A stretch of 64,000 nt of DNA from Dehalococcoidia bacterium (GTDB lineage Bacteria > Chloroflexota > Dehalococcoidia > SM23-28-2 > RBG-16-64-32). The translations under genes and the position numbers were made by a program. The notes under the pieces are model-generated. The model searched no databases, had not been told where the DNA came from, and was given only the letters and a program-made list of their open reading frames with translations. This document shows positions 26,599 through 36,341 of this stretch, in pieces. Each line of letters starts with the position of its first letter. Positions within the stretch are counted from its first letter, which is position 1. The DNA lies in NCBI GenBank assembly GCA_963665775.2, contig CAXXTF010000002.1, forward strand, positions 768,001-832,000, given 5' to 3'.

Positions 26599-28314
26599 CT
26601 AGCGCCGCCCGAACTCCCGCGCCAGGAGTTCGCCGCTCATGTGGATCATCGTCGGACGGCCGTGTGGGCAGGTGTTCGGCGCCTCCGATCCCTCCAGCTG
26701 ACGCACCAGCTCCCGCATCTCCTCCACCGCCAGCGTCTTGCCGGCGCGCACGGCGCCGTGGCAGGCCAGCGACATCGCCACCCGATCCCGTCGATCCCCC
26801 TCCTCCTCTTCCAGCATCAGCTCCAGGAACTGGAGAACCGTCTGCCCGACATCTGCCGTGGCCAGCGAGCGCGGCAGCGAGCGCAGGAGATAGGCCCCGT
26901 CACCGAAAGGCTCGATCTCGAAGCCGTGCTCGCGCAGGGGCCCACCCTCTTCGGCCAGGAGCGCCCTCTGTCGGGGCGGCACCTCCACCGTCACTGGCTC
27001 CAGCAGCCCCTGCACCTCCGGTGCGCGATCTCGCCGGAGGCGGCAGAAACGCTCGTATAATACCCGCTCGTGGGCGGCATGCTGGTCGATGAGGTACATC
27101 CCGTCGGGCCCCTCCGCCACCACGTACGTCCCGCCGAACTGGCCGATGACCCGCAGCGCCGGCAGCGCCTGCGACGGCGTCGCCGCCGCCCGCTCCCCGC
27201 TCGCGACCCCCGGTTCCAGCCGCTCCTCCTGTCGCTGCCTGGCCCGCCGCCACAGGGGCAGCGTCGAAGCCTCTCCCCCCAGCGCCAGCGGTGACGCCCC
27301 ACCACCCATCGAAGCGCTGGGCACCGGCGACCCCGCCAGCAGGGCCTCCCGCACCACCCGCTGCAGGACAGCGAATATCGCTGACTCATCCCGAAAGCGA
27401 ACCTCAGCCTTCGTTGGGTGCACGTTGACGTCCACCTCCTCGTACGGCAGCCGCAGATCGAGAACGGCGACCGGATGGCGGCCCACCATCAGCAGCCCCT
27501 GGTACGCCTCCTCCACGGCGAAGGTCAGGCGACGGCTCTGCACCCAGCGTCGGTTCACGAACAGACTGACATAGCCGCCCCTGGCGCGGGAGACGTCGGG
27601 AGCGGCCGCCAACCCCTGGACCACGATCGGCCCCTCCCCGGACGAGACCGGGAGCATCGCCGCCGCCATATTCGCCCCGTAGACCGCGGCCACGGCGTCC
27701 GTTAGCTCCCCGCTGCCGGACGTGTTCAGCCCCTGCCGGCCGTCCAGCGATAGGCTGAAGCGCACCTCCGGGTAGGCCAGGGCGTAATGGCTGACCACGC
27801 CGCTCACGGCGTTGCCCTCGCTGCCGGGAGAGCGCAGGAACTTGCGGCGCGCGGGCTGCCGCGCGAAGAGACGGCGTACGCTGACCGACGTGCCCACGGG
27901 GGCGCCGCGGCTGCCCCCCTCCGGCGGCGCTTCCGGCCTCAGGCGCAGGTAGGCAGCGGCCTCCTCCCCTGAAGGCCGCGACACCATCTCCACTTCAGCC
28001 ACGGCGGCGATGCTCGGTAGCGCCTCGCCCCGAAAGCCCAGGGTCAGGATGCGAGAGAGGTCGGGGCTATCGTCCAGCTTGCTGGTGGCGTGGCGGGCGA
28101 AGGCCAGCTCCAGATCGTCCGCCGCGATGCCACAGCCGTCGTCCGTGACCCGGATCGATTCCAGGCCGCCGCCTTTGACCTCCACCGCGATGCGGGAGGC
28201 GCCAGCGTCCAGCGCGTTCTCCACCAGCTCCTTGACCACAGAGGCCGGCCGCTCCACCACCTCACCGGCGGCGATGCGGGCGGCGACCTCGGGCAGCAGT
28301 ACGCGGATAGTCAA
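26599..28314 (-). CDS. mutL: DNA mismatch repair endonuclease MutL
   Basis: IAAGEVVERPASVVKELVEN, GFRGEAL, DQHAAHER, ACH, CPHGRP. Confidence 0.97.
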   Translation of the reverse strand: MTIRVLLPEVAARIAAGEVVERPASVVKELVENALDAGASRIAVEVKGGGLESIRVTDDGCGIAADDLELAFARHATSKLDDSPDLSRILTLGFRGEALPSIAAVAEVEMVSRPSGEEAAAYLRLRPEAPPEGGSRGAPVGTSVSVRRLFARQPARRKFLRSPGSEGNAVSGVVSHYALAYPEVRFSLSLDGRQGLNTSGSGELTDAVAAVYGANMAAAMLPVSSGEGPIVVQGLAAAPDVSRARGGYVSLFVNRRWVQSRRLTFAVEEAYQGLLMVGRHPVAVLDLRLPYEEVDVNVHPTKAEVRFRDESAIFAVLQRVVREALLAGSPVPSASMGGGASPLALGGEASTLPLWRRARQRQEERLEPGVASGERAAATPSQALPALRVIGQFGGTYVVAEGPDGMYLIDQHAAHERVLYERFCRLRRDRAPEVQGLLEPVTVEVPPRQRALLAEEGGPLREHGFEIEPFGDGAYLLRSLPRSLATADVGQTVLQFLELMLEEEEGDRRDRVAMSLACHGAVRAGKTLAVEEMRELVRQLEGSEAPNTCPHGRPTMIHMSGELLAREFGRR

Positions 28315-28379
28315 GCGGATGCTCCTGGCAGCGATTGTAGCACAGACGTTCAGACAGGGAAACGATAGCCGGAGTGCGG

Positions 28380-28802
28380 TCAGGCCTTATCTTCCGCCGA
28401 TTCCCGCAGAATCACCACGGGGATATCTCGCTTGCTGCGCCTCGCGTACCCCTCATAGGCGGGGAACATCGCCACAAACCGGGGCCACAGGCGGGCCTTC
28501 TCCTCCGGACCCGCCTCTCGCGCCACCACCGATAACGTCCGGCGCCTCACCCGCACCCTGGCCCGCCGATCGCCCTTCAGGTTCAGCCACCACATGGGAT
28601 GGCGATCGCTGCCGGCATTGGACGCGGCAACCGCCAGGCTTTCGCCATCGGCTACGTACATGAGCGGCTTCGTCCGCGCCCTGCCGCTCCTCCGGCCGGT
28701 CGTGGTCAGAAGGAGGATCGGCGCCTTGCCGTACCTCCCGCCCAGGAACCCCCCACTTAGCCGGTACAGGAAGGCGTGAAGGGCGGGAAAGAGCCTCTGC
28801 AA
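28380..28802 (-). CDS. Deazaflavin (F420)-dependent nitroreductase (Ddn/FDOR-A) family
   Basis: LLLTTTGRRSG..R, ASNAG..HPMWWLNL, Y..Y...KRDIPVVIL; start uncertain. Confidence 0.88.
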   Translation of the reverse strand: MQRLFPALHAFLYRLSGGFLGGRYGKAPILLLTTTGRRSGRARTKPLMYVADGESLAVAASNAGSDRHPMWWLNLKGDRRARVRVRRRTLSVVAREAGPEEKARLWPRFVAMFPAYEGYARRSKRDIPVVILRESAEDKA

Positions 28803-28835
28803 CAGCCGGTTATCGATCGGCGGTGGCCCCCGTGC

Positions 28836-31457
28836 CTACGTTCCACTCTTCCGCGCCCGCTCCGCCAGCTCGTACAGCTTTGTGATCGCCTGCAGCGGCG
28901 TCAGCGAATCCACTTCCAGCTCCGCCAGCTCTCGCGCCAGGACGCCGTCCGCTGCGAACAGGGGGAGCTGCGGCGCCTCCTCTCGCCGACGTCGTGACGC
29001 TGGCGGTGCGCGCCGGTCGGCGGCGGCCTCTAGCTCCTCCAGAAGCTCCTGGGCGCGCAGCACGACCGCCCGCGGCAGGCCGGCCAACTGCGCCACGTGC
29101 ACCCCATAGGAGCGATTGGCGCCGCCCGGGAGGATCCGGTGCAGGAAGACGACCCGGCCCTCCTCCTCCGCCACCGCCACGTTGAAGTTGCGCACCCGGG
29201 GCAGAAACGCGGCCATCGCCACCAGCTCGTGGTAGTGGGTAGCGAACAGCGTCTTCGCCGCCGCCTCCGGCCGGCCGTGGATGAACTCCACCACCGCCCG
29301 CGCGATCGCCATCCCGTCGTAGGTGCTCGTCCCCCGGCCGATCTCGTCGAACAGGAGCAGAGAGCGCGGCGAAGCGCCGTGCAGGATCGCCGCCGTCTCC
29401 AGCATCTCCACCATGAAGGTGGAATGGCCGGCGCCGATGTCATCCAGGGCTCCCAGCCGGCTGAATATCCGGTCCACCAGACCGATGCGTGCCTCGGCCG
29501 CGGGGACGAACGAGCCGACCTGGGCCAACAGAACGACGAGGGCTACCTGGCGCAGGTAGGTGGACTTACCGGCCATGTTGGGGCCGGTAAGGACGATGAT
29601 CTGCGCCTCGCCGCCCGACATCTGCACGTCGTTAGGCACGAACGAGCCCTCGGCCAACATCCGCTCCACCACTGGGTGACGCCCGTCGCGGATCACGATC
29701 TCGTCGCCGTCATCGACGCTGGGACGCACGTAGCCGTAGCGGGCGGCCGCCTCCGCCAGACCGCAGTACACATCGACGACAGCCACCACGGCAGCGGTCT
29801 CCAGGATGCGCCGCCCCTGGGCGGCTACCTGAGCGCAGACCTGACGCAGCAGATTCTGCTCCAGCTCCTGCTGGCGCTCCTGAGCATGCAGGACGCGGAA
29901 CTCGTACTCCTGGAGCTCTGCCAGCGTGAAGCGCTCCCCGCCCACCAGGGTCTGGCGGCGCTGATAATCCGACGGCACGTGCTCCAGGTTCGCCTTCGAC
30001 ACCTCGACGTAGTAACCGAACACCCTGTTGTAACCCACCTTGAGGTTCCTGATACCCGTGCGCTCCCGCTCCCGCCGCTCCAGGTCGGCCAGGTAGCGGC
30101 GGGCATCGCGAGCCGTGGCCCGCAGCCCGTCCAGCTCCTCCGAGAAGCCCGCTCGGATGACCGCCCCCTGCTGCGGGTCGTCGGCGATGGCCCGCGCGAT
30201 GAGATCCGCCGCCTCCCGACAAGGGTGCAGGCCCAATGTCAGCTCCTCGTAGACCGCCTGTTTCCCTCCCAGCGAGGCCGGGTCATGGTCCAGCGCCTCC
30301 CGCAGGGACGGCACGATCTCCAGACCCCGGCGCAGGGCCACCAGATCGCGGGGAACGCTCGCGGCCCCAGCGGCCGCTGCGGCGGCAGAGATGCGCGCCA
30401 GCACCCGCTCCAGATCGGGAATCTTGGCCAGCAGGGCCGCACAGAGACCGCGCCGCACCGCCGAATCGAAGAAAAGCTGCACCCCATCCTGACGCTGACC
30501 TATCGCTGTTATGTCAAGCAGGGGCTGGCCCAGCCACCTCCGCAGGAGGCGCACGCCCATCGGCGTCCTGGTCTGATCCAGTACGGAGAACAGGGAGATC
30601 GCCTCCCCGTCCGACCGCAGTGTCTGAAACAGCTCCAGATTCCGCCGGGTGTTGACGTCCAGCGCCATGAATCCCCCCGCCTGGTAGGGCGAGAGGCGAG
30701 AGATATGGCCCAGGACGGCCCGCTGGCTCTCCTGAAGATAGGCCAGGACGGCACCGGCGGCCCTCGCCGCCAGGGTCAGGCCGGCCAAACCCAACCCCTC
30801 CAGCGACGGCGTCCCGAAGTGCTCCAGAAGGCGCTGAACCGCCCCCTCCGACTCGAAGCTGTCATTGGAGAGAGGGGTCACGCTGGCCGTGACCCCAGCC
30901 GGCGAAGAACCCCCCTCTGGCAGCAACAGCTCAGCGGGGCGCAGCCGCTCCAGTTCGGCGGCCACAGCGTCGGTATCAACCTGGGTACAGGCGAACTCGC
31001 CGGTCGACACGTCCACGTGGGCCAGGCCGGCTTGGCCGTCGCCCGGGAGAACGGCGACCAGGTAGTTGTTGGTGCCGCGGCTCAGGAGGTTCTCCTCAAC
31101 CAACGTGCCCGGGGTCACCACCCGCACCACCTGGCGATCCACCAGCTTCTTCCCCTGGCCCGGCTCACCTGCCCTGAGCGCAGTCGAAGGCTCCATCTGC
31201 TCGCAGATCGCCACCTTGTACCCCTTGCCGATGAGCCGGGCCAGGTACGAGTCCAGAGCGTGATAGGGGATGCCCGCCAGCGGCACCCGCTGTCCCTTCC
31301 CCACCGGCCGCGAGGTAAGGGTGATCTCCAGCTCCCGGGCTATGGTTTCGGCGTCCTCGTCGAACGTCTCGTAGAAATCGCCCAGCCGAAAGAACAGGAT
31401 GGCATGGGGATAGCGCCGCTTCATATCCAGATACTGGCGGCGTAGAGGCGTGGTCAC
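28836..31457 (-). CDS. mutS: DNA mismatch repair protein MutS
   Basis: FFRLGDFYE, VVTPGT, GRHPVVE, TGPNMAGKST, STFMVEM, DEIGRGTST. Confidence 0.97.
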   Translation of the reverse strand: MTTPLRRQYLDMKRRYPHAILFFRLGDFYETFDEDAETIARELEITLTSRPVGKGQRVPLAGIPYHALDSYLARLIGKGYKVAICEQMEPSTALRAGEPGQGKKLVDRQVVRVVTPGTLVEENLLSRGTNNYLVAVLPGDGQAGLAHVDVSTGEFACTQVDTDAVAAELERLRPAELLLPEGGSSPAGVTASVTPLSNDSFESEGAVQRLLEHFGTPSLEGLGLAGLTLAARAAGAVLAYLQESQRAVLGHISRLSPYQAGGFMALDVNTRRNLELFQTLRSDGEAISLFSVLDQTRTPMGVRLLRRWLGQPLLDITAIGQRQDGVQLFFDSAVRRGLCAALLAKIPDLERVLARISAAAAAAGAASVPRDLVALRRGLEIVPSLREALDHDPASLGGKQAVYEELTLGLHPCREAADLIARAIADDPQQGAVIRAGFSEELDGLRATARDARRYLADLERRERERTGIRNLKVGYNRVFGYYVEVSKANLEHVPSDYQRRQTLVGGERFTLAELQEYEFRVLHAQERQQELEQNLLRQVCAQVAAQGRRILETAAVVAVVDVYCGLAEAAARYGYVRPSVDDGDEIVIRDGRHPVVERMLAEGSFVPNDVQMSGGEAQIIVLTGPNMAGKSTYLRQVALVVLLAQVGSFVPAAEARIGLVDRIFSRLGALDDIGAGHSTFMVEMLETAAILHGASPRSLLLFDEIGRGTSTYDGMAIARAVVEFIHGRPEAAAKTLFATHYHELVAMAAFLPRVRNFNVAVAEEEGRVVFLHRILPGGANRSYGVHVAQLAGLPRAVVLRAQELLEELEAAADRRAPPASRRRREEAPQLPLFAADGVLARELAELEVDSLTPLQAITKLYELAERARKSGT
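31167..31193 (+). repeat. Family-A hairpin in-frame in mutS with 5-bp flanking direct repeat
   Basis: GGCTC-ACCTGCCCTGAGCGCAGTCGAA-GGCTC; 27 nt; PSTALRAGE. Confidence 0.85.
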
Positions 31458-31615
31458 AGTCGAACCGCTCCTCCCAAGGCTTAGCGCCGGGGCTCGAGCC
31501 GTATTATACAGCGGCGAGCGATAGGAGTGACTGATCCCGGACTACGGCCGGGACAGAGGCAGTCCGGCTTACCCTCTTCCCGCCCGCCACAGCGGTAATG
31601 CGACCACCGACAACC

Positions 31616-32074
31616 CTAGTCTTTGCTATCGCTCCGTCCGGAGGATGACAGCGTCGTGCGGCGCTTCTTGACCTTTCGAGCCTTGGGCAGCTTGGCATTG
31701 TACGCCCCAACCCCCTGTTTCTCCCGGTAGCCCATCTCCCCTTGCCGCTCCCCCCACTCCTGCTGACTCGCCGCCGCATCCCCCTTCGTGACCGTAGGCC
31801 GTTGCTTGGGCACCTCCAGCTCCGGGTGCACCGTCCCCCCCGACATACGCTTCGCCCTCTTCTGCACCTCCGTCCCGAAGTGCCAGTACGTCCCCTTATC
31901 CGGCAGACGACGCGGATACCCTTCCCGGTAGGTGAAGGCACTGAAGGCAGACATCACCCTCTCACCATCCCGATCACATTCCGGACACGGCACCGCCAGC
32001 GACGATTCCCTCATCGGCCGGATCGCCTCGTACACGCCGTTGCATGGCTCGCAGTAATACTCATATAGCGGCAT
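31616..32074 (-). CDS. FmdB-family zinc-ribbon protein with basic extension
   Basis: MPLYEYYCEPC..CPEC. Confidence 0.75.
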   Translation of the reverse strand: MPLYEYYCEPCNGVYEAIRPMRESSLAVPCPECDRDGERVMSAFSAFTYREGYPRRLPDKGTYWHFGTEVQKRAKRMSGGTVHPELEVPKQRPTVTKGDAAASQQEWGERQGEMGYREKQGVGAYNAKLPKARKVKKRRTTLSSSGRSDSKD

Positions 32075-32108
32075 ACCTATCCCATCCCTTCCCGCTCTTA
32101 TTCCGTCT

Positions 32109-32903
32109 CTAGACCTTTGCCGTCTCCGCTAGCCCCTCGCGACGCAGCCGCTCCACGAAAGCGGCGGCATTCACGTCGCGCTCCAGCACACATACGATAT
32201 AGCTCCGCAGGTGTCCCTCCACCTCCCCGGCTACGGTCGGCGGCACCCTCACCCGGACTACTTCGTTATACGACGCCCGCTGCAGTAAGCGCAACACCTT
32301 GAGCCCGTCCAGGGAGAGCGCTCGCGTCGCCGCCGTTCCCGGCGCGCAGGCAGGACAGACGGCGCCGCCGTCCTGGGGCGCGAAGAAGTTCTGCTGCGGC
32401 TGTAACCGCGAGCCGCAGGCCACACAGCGCTCCAACTCCGGCCGAAAACCGCTCTGCTGCATCAGCCCCATCTCGAAGTAGCGCAGAACCGTGTCCTGCC
32501 CCAAGCCGCTCTTCTCCACCTGCTCCAGACGGCGCAGCGTCTCAGCCAGAAGCCGATAGATAGCGACACCGGGCACTCGCTCCGGCGCCAGCCGATCCAC
32601 CAGCTCAGCGGCGTATAGGGCGCGACTGAGGCGATCCAGGTCATCCCGCAGCGCCTGAAAGCTCTCGATGGTCTCGCAACCGGCCACAACATCGCCAGCG
32701 CGGCCCCGCGCCAGCTGCACCAGCGACCGGGTCAGAGGCTGCAGGTGCCCCGCCATACGGCTGGTCGTCTTGCGGACCCCCTTCGCCTTCGCCTCCAGCT
32801 TCCCATGGGCCAGAGTGTAAAGCGTAACGATGCGGTCGGCCTCCCCCAGCCGGCGCTGCCGCAGGACGATCGCCTCCGTCTTATAGAGACGCGGCGGCGC
32901 CAT
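32109..32903 (-). CDS. recO: DNA repair protein RecO
   Basis: EAIVLR..GEADRIVTLYT..GK..AKGVRK, CxxC..CxxC. Confidence 0.93.
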   Translation of the reverse strand: MAPPRLYKTEAIVLRQRRLGEADRIVTLYTLAHGKLEAKAKGVRKTTSRMAGHLQPLTRSLVQLARGRAGDVVAGCETIESFQALRDDLDRLSRALYAAELVDRLAPERVPGVAIYRLLAETLRRLEQVEKSGLGQDTVLRYFEMGLMQQSGFRPELERCVACGSRLQPQQNFFAPQDGGAVCPACAPGTAATRALSLDGLKVLRLLQRASYNEVVRVRVPPTVAGEVEGHLRSYIVCVLERDVNAAAFVERLRREGLAETAKV

Positions 32904-33521
32904 CTACTCCTCCATCTCCTGACGCCCCTCCAGGGCACGCGTAAGCGTCACCTCGTCGGCGTACTCCAGATCGCCGCCCACCGGCAGGCCGCGGGCCAGG
33001 CGAGTCACCCTGGAGACCAGCGGCCGCAACAGACGCCCCAGATACATCGCCGTCGCCTCGCCCTCCAGGTTGGGGTTGGTAGCCAGGATCACCTCTCGCA
33101 CCTCGCCGGAGCGAAGACGACCCAACAGCTCCCCGATCTTCAGCTCCTCGGGCCCGATACCGTCCATCGGCGAGATCGCGCCGTGCAGCACCTGGTACAG
33201 CCCCCGATATGCCCCCGTCCGCTCGATCGCCAGGATGTCCAGCGGCTCCTCCACCACGCAGACGACGCTGCGGTCCCGCTGGTCGCTGGAGCAGATACGG
33301 CAGGGCTCAACCTCCGTCACATTCTGGCACAGGGAGCAGAAGGTGATCTTCTCCTTAACGTCCAGGATAGCGGCAGCCAACGCCTCCGCCTCCGCCGCTG
33401 GCATGCGCAGAAGGTGGTAGGCGAGCCGTTGCGCGCTCTTGGGCCCAATGCCCGGCAGCTTGTAAAACTCCTCCACAAGACGGATCACTGGGGCCGCCGT
33501 CGAAGGCGTGGGTTCGTTCAA
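32904..33521 (-). CDS. recR: Recombination mediator RecR
   Basis: [45 protein letters not shown]. Confidence 0.96.
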   Translation of the reverse strand: MNEPTPSTAAPVIRLVEEFYKLPGIGPKSAQRLAYHLLRMPAAEAEALAAAILDVKEKITFCSLCQNVTEVEPCRICSSDQRDRSVVCVVEEPLDILAIERTGAYRGLYQVLHGAISPMDGIGPEELKIGELLGRLRSGEVREVILATNPNLEGEATAMYLGRLLRPLVSRVTRLARGLPVGGDLEYADEVTLTRALEGRQEMEE

Positions 33522-33588
33522 GACAAGATCACCTCAGCCATGAGGATTAGTCTACCGTTGGTCCCCTCATGTCAGCCCTTAGCCGGAG

Positions 33589-33906
33589 CTAGAGACCGGG
33601 AATGTTAAGGCCCCCCGTCAGCCCCGACAACTGTTGCGCCTGCGTCTCGCTGATCTTCTCCAGCGCCTCGTTCACGGCGGCCGTGACCAGGTCCTGCAGC
33701 ATCTCCACATCCTCCGGATCTACCACCTCCTGACTGATGGAGACCGAAACAAGCTTCGGCCGCGCGTTCATCGCCACGCTCACGGCGCCGCCGCCCACGG
33801 ACGCTTCGATTATCGTCTCCTCCATTTGCTTCTGAGCCTCCAGCATCCGGGCCTGAAGCTGCTGGACCTGCTTCATCATGTCACGATTCGCCCCGCGCTT
33901 CGCCAC
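33589..33906 (-). CDS. ybaB: YbaB/EbfC nucleoid-associated protein
   Basis: GGGAV, DPEDVEMLQDLVTAAVNEA; dnaX-ybaB-recR synteny. Confidence 0.93.
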   Translation of the reverse strand: MAKRGANRDMMKQVQQLQARMLEAQKQMEETIIEASVGGGAVSVAMNARPKLVSVSISQEVVDPEDVEMLQDLVTAAVNEALEKISETQAQQLSGLTGGLNIPGL

Positions 33907-35608
33907 CTTCTGCTCCTTTCCCTCCGATGGGCTTTGCGCCCAGCTCGCGGGCTACCTGCACCAGGTGCCCTACCTTCGCCCGCCCCGACGGGGAGGGCCG
34001 CGGCGAGTGCACATAGGCAACCGTCACCGGCCTGCCCAGCACCGCCCCTAACAGCTCCGCCAGCCGGCCCGCGTAGGGCCCGTTCTCCACCTGCTCCAGA
34101 TGAAACGTATGATAGAACCCCAGCGTCAACACGTCACCCTCCAGCGACTTCACCTCACAGGAGCCGTTAAGGAGGGCCGATAGCTGCCTCTCCGTCTCCT
34201 TGCAGGCCTGCCGCACCTGCTCCAGAAGAGCCTCCCCTGAGCCTGCCGAAGGAGCCTCCCCTGAGCCCACCGAAGGAGCCTCCCCTGAAACCGCCGAAGG
34301 AGCCTCCCCTGAGCCCACCGAAGGAGCCTCCCCTGAGCCCACCGAAGGGTCTAACTGAATGCCGCTCCCTTTGCCCGCCAGCTCCGCCTCCGCCCCAGAT
34401 GGCTCCGACTCCAGTCCCACGCTGGCAGTGGCAGCCGTCGTGGCCACCGCCTCCGCCTCCGCCACCGGAATGCTGAACCGCGGCTCCGTACTCCCTTCCG
34501 ACACCGGCGCCTCCCCTATCGAAACGATCTCCACCAGGGCCAGCTCCAGCGGCAGCGAGGACTGGGGATCATCCCGGAAGTCCGCCCGCCCGAACGTCCG
34601 CAGCGCCCGCACGATATCGGCGTTCTTCACCTCCGCCGCTACCTCCTCCAGCTCCGCGATCGCCTCCCCAGACACGTCCAGCGCTTCCACCGCGCCGGCC
34701 TTGGCCAGCAACAACCCGCGCAGATATCGCACGATCTGCTGCGAGAACTGGCGCATGTCCACACCATCATCCCGCACGGCGGCGATAAGCCTCAGCCCGG
34801 CGACCAGCTCCCCACCGAGGATACAGCGTGCCATCTGCCCGCTGCGGGCGTCCACGCTGAGACCCAACGCCTCCTGCACCTGCTCCAGGCTAGGCGAGCG
34901 TCCGTAGTACGTCACCACCTGCTCCAGACCGTTGATCGCGTCCCGCAGGCTTCCCGTGGCGCTGCGGGCGATCTCCTGCAGGGACCGCTCGTCCAGGGAG
35001 AAGCCCTCCTCCCGGCAGATGTCAGCCAAACGCCCCACCACGGCCGGCATCGGGATGCGCCTCAGGTCGAACCGCTGACAGCGCGAGATGATCGTCGCCT
35101 CCACCTTGTGCGGCTCCGTCGTGGCCAGCACGAAGATGATGTGCGGCGGCGGCTCCTCCAGCGTCTTAAGAAGCGCGTTTTCCGCCCCCTTGCTCAGCAT
35201 GTGCACCTCGTCCAGCAGGTACACCTTGTAGCGGCCGGACATGGGGTTAAGCACCACGTTCTCCCGCAGCTGTCGGATATCGTCGACGCTGTTGTGGCTG
35301 GCCGCGTCCTGCTCGATGAAATCGATAGCCCTCCCCGCCTGGAAAGCCTGGCAGGAGTCACACCGGTTGCAGGGCTCCCCCTCCACCGCCGAGGCGCAGT
35401 TGGCCGCCTTGGCGATAAGCCGCCCCAGGCTGGTCTTCCCCGTCCCGCGAGGGCCGCTCAGAAGGTAGGCGTGCGCCAGCCGCCCTGACTCCACCGAGTT
35501 GCGCAGGGTGCGGGTCAGCGCCTCCTGCCCCACCACCTGAGCGAACGTCTGGGGCCGCCACTTGCGATACAGAACCTGCCCGGGTGAGGGCGCCGCCTCG
35601 TTCGTCAT
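33881..35608 (-). CDS. dnaX: DNA polymerase III subunit gamma/tau
   Basis: LYRKWRPQTF, GPRGTGKT, DEVHML, NALLKTLEEPP, SRCQRF. Confidence 0.97.
   Translation of the reverse strand: MTNEAAPSPGQVLYRKWRPQTFAQVVGQEALTRTLRNSVESGRLAHAYLLSGPRGTGKTSLGRLIAKAANCASAVEGEPCNRCDSCQAFQAGRAIDFIEQDAASHNSVDDIRQLRENVVLNPMSGRYKVYLLDEVHMLSKGAENALLKTLEEPPPHIIFVLATTEPHKVEATIISRCQRFDLRRIPMPAVVGRLADICREEGFSLDERSLQEIARSATGSLRDAINGLEQVVTYYGRSPSLEQVQEALGLSVDARSGQMARCILGGELVAGLRLIAAVRDDGVDMRQFSQQIVRYLRGLLLAKAGAVEALDVSGEAIAELEEVAAEVKNADIVRALRTFGRADFRDDPQSSLPLELALVEIVSIGEAPVSEGSTEPRFSIPVAEAEAVATTAATASVGLESEPSGAEAELAGKGSGIQLDPSVGSGEAPSVGSGEAPSAVSGEAPSVGSGEAPSAGSGEALLEQVRQACKETERQLSALLNGSCEVKSLEGDVLTLGFYHTFHLEQVENGPYAGRLAELLGAVLGRPVTVAYVHSPRPSPSGRAKVGHLVQVARELGAKPIGGKGAEGGEARGES
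34228..34347 (+). repeat. 5x24-bp tandem array of the family-A hairpin within the dnaX linker
   Basis: (GAGCCTCCCCTGAGCCCACCGAAG)x5 with variants; encodes (PSVGSGEA)n. Confidence 0.93.
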
Positions 35609-35760
35609 CTTACCGCTATTATAGACCCGCTCCCGATCGCATCAAAGGCGCTAGGCGCGGAACTGGCCCTTGCCCTGCACGGCTCGGCCCGCATGGTAGG
35701 CACCATCATCGTGGCGTAATGCCTCTCAAGAACCGCACCGGCGGAAACGCGGCTCCACTT

Positions 35761-36207
35761 CTAGGCTGAACGGAGCAGCGTTTCCTCTTTCGCCCGCATC
35801 CGCCTCTCCTCCTCCGGCTCCCCGTGATCGTAGCCCAGCAGGTGGAGGATACCGTGGATCAGGAGATGGGCCACCTCCACCGACGTCGGCCGGCCGGCAG
35901 CAGCCGCCTGCCGCTCAGCCGTCGGGTAAGCGATGATCACCTCCCCCAGCCGCATCACACCGTCCGGCGCGGCGACGAAGCCCTCGCCCTCCTGAAGCGA
36001 GAAAGAGAGGACATCAGTGACCTCATCCTCGCCGGCGTACTCCCGGTTGAGCCGCCGCACCGCCTCATCGCTGGTCACCAGCACCCCCAGCTCGGCGGCG
36101 GGGACACCCTCGGCCTCCAGCACCCTCCGGGCGGCCCCCTCGATCCAGTCGGCGGCGACCACCGAGACGTACGGCTCGTCGATCGAGACAAGAACGGCAT
36201 GTGTCAT
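35761..36207 (-). CDS. ybeY: rRNA maturation RNase YbeY
   Basis: LNREY, TDVLSF, HGILHLLGYDH. Confidence 0.95.
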   Translation of the reverse strand: MTHAVLVSIDEPYVSVVAADWIEGAARRVLEAEGVPAAELGVLVTSDEAVRRLNREYAGEDEVTDVLSFSLQEGEGFVAAPDGVMRLGEVIIAYPTAERQAAAAGRPTSVEVAHLLIHGILHLLGYDHGEPEEERRMRAKEETLLRSA

Positions 36208-36242
36208 CGAACGCCCCGCTCCCTGTCCCTGGCCACCCCCGT

Positions 36243-36309
36243 GTCATTCTCAGCGCCGCCTCGGTCATTCTGAGCGCACCCTGTCATTCTGAGCGCAGCG
36301 AAGAACCTC
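36243..36309 (+). repeat. Family-B element with three tandem heads, between nuoN and ybeY
   Basis: GTCATTCTCAGCGC, GTCATTCTGAGCGCA, GTCATTCTGAGCGCAGCGAAGAACCTC. Confidence 0.85.
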
Positions 36310-36341
36310 AATTCATCCATCGAACGCCGCCCCCGCCGGTC

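Noticed and set aside
29097-31445. Long antisense or alternative-frame ORFs (e.g. 29097..31445, 39823..41493, 21173..22561, 1204..2400)
   Set aside because: High-GC shadow frames overlapping well-identified genes
31504-31615. ncRNA between mutS promoter and zinc-ribbon gene
   Set aside because: Only a short CCCGG/CCGGG hairpin; no recognisable family features
34228-34347. dnaX 24-bp repeats (and the 62772-63550 repeats) as CRISPR arrays
   Set aside because: Units are contiguous with no unique spacers, in-frame within CDS, and no cas genes are present
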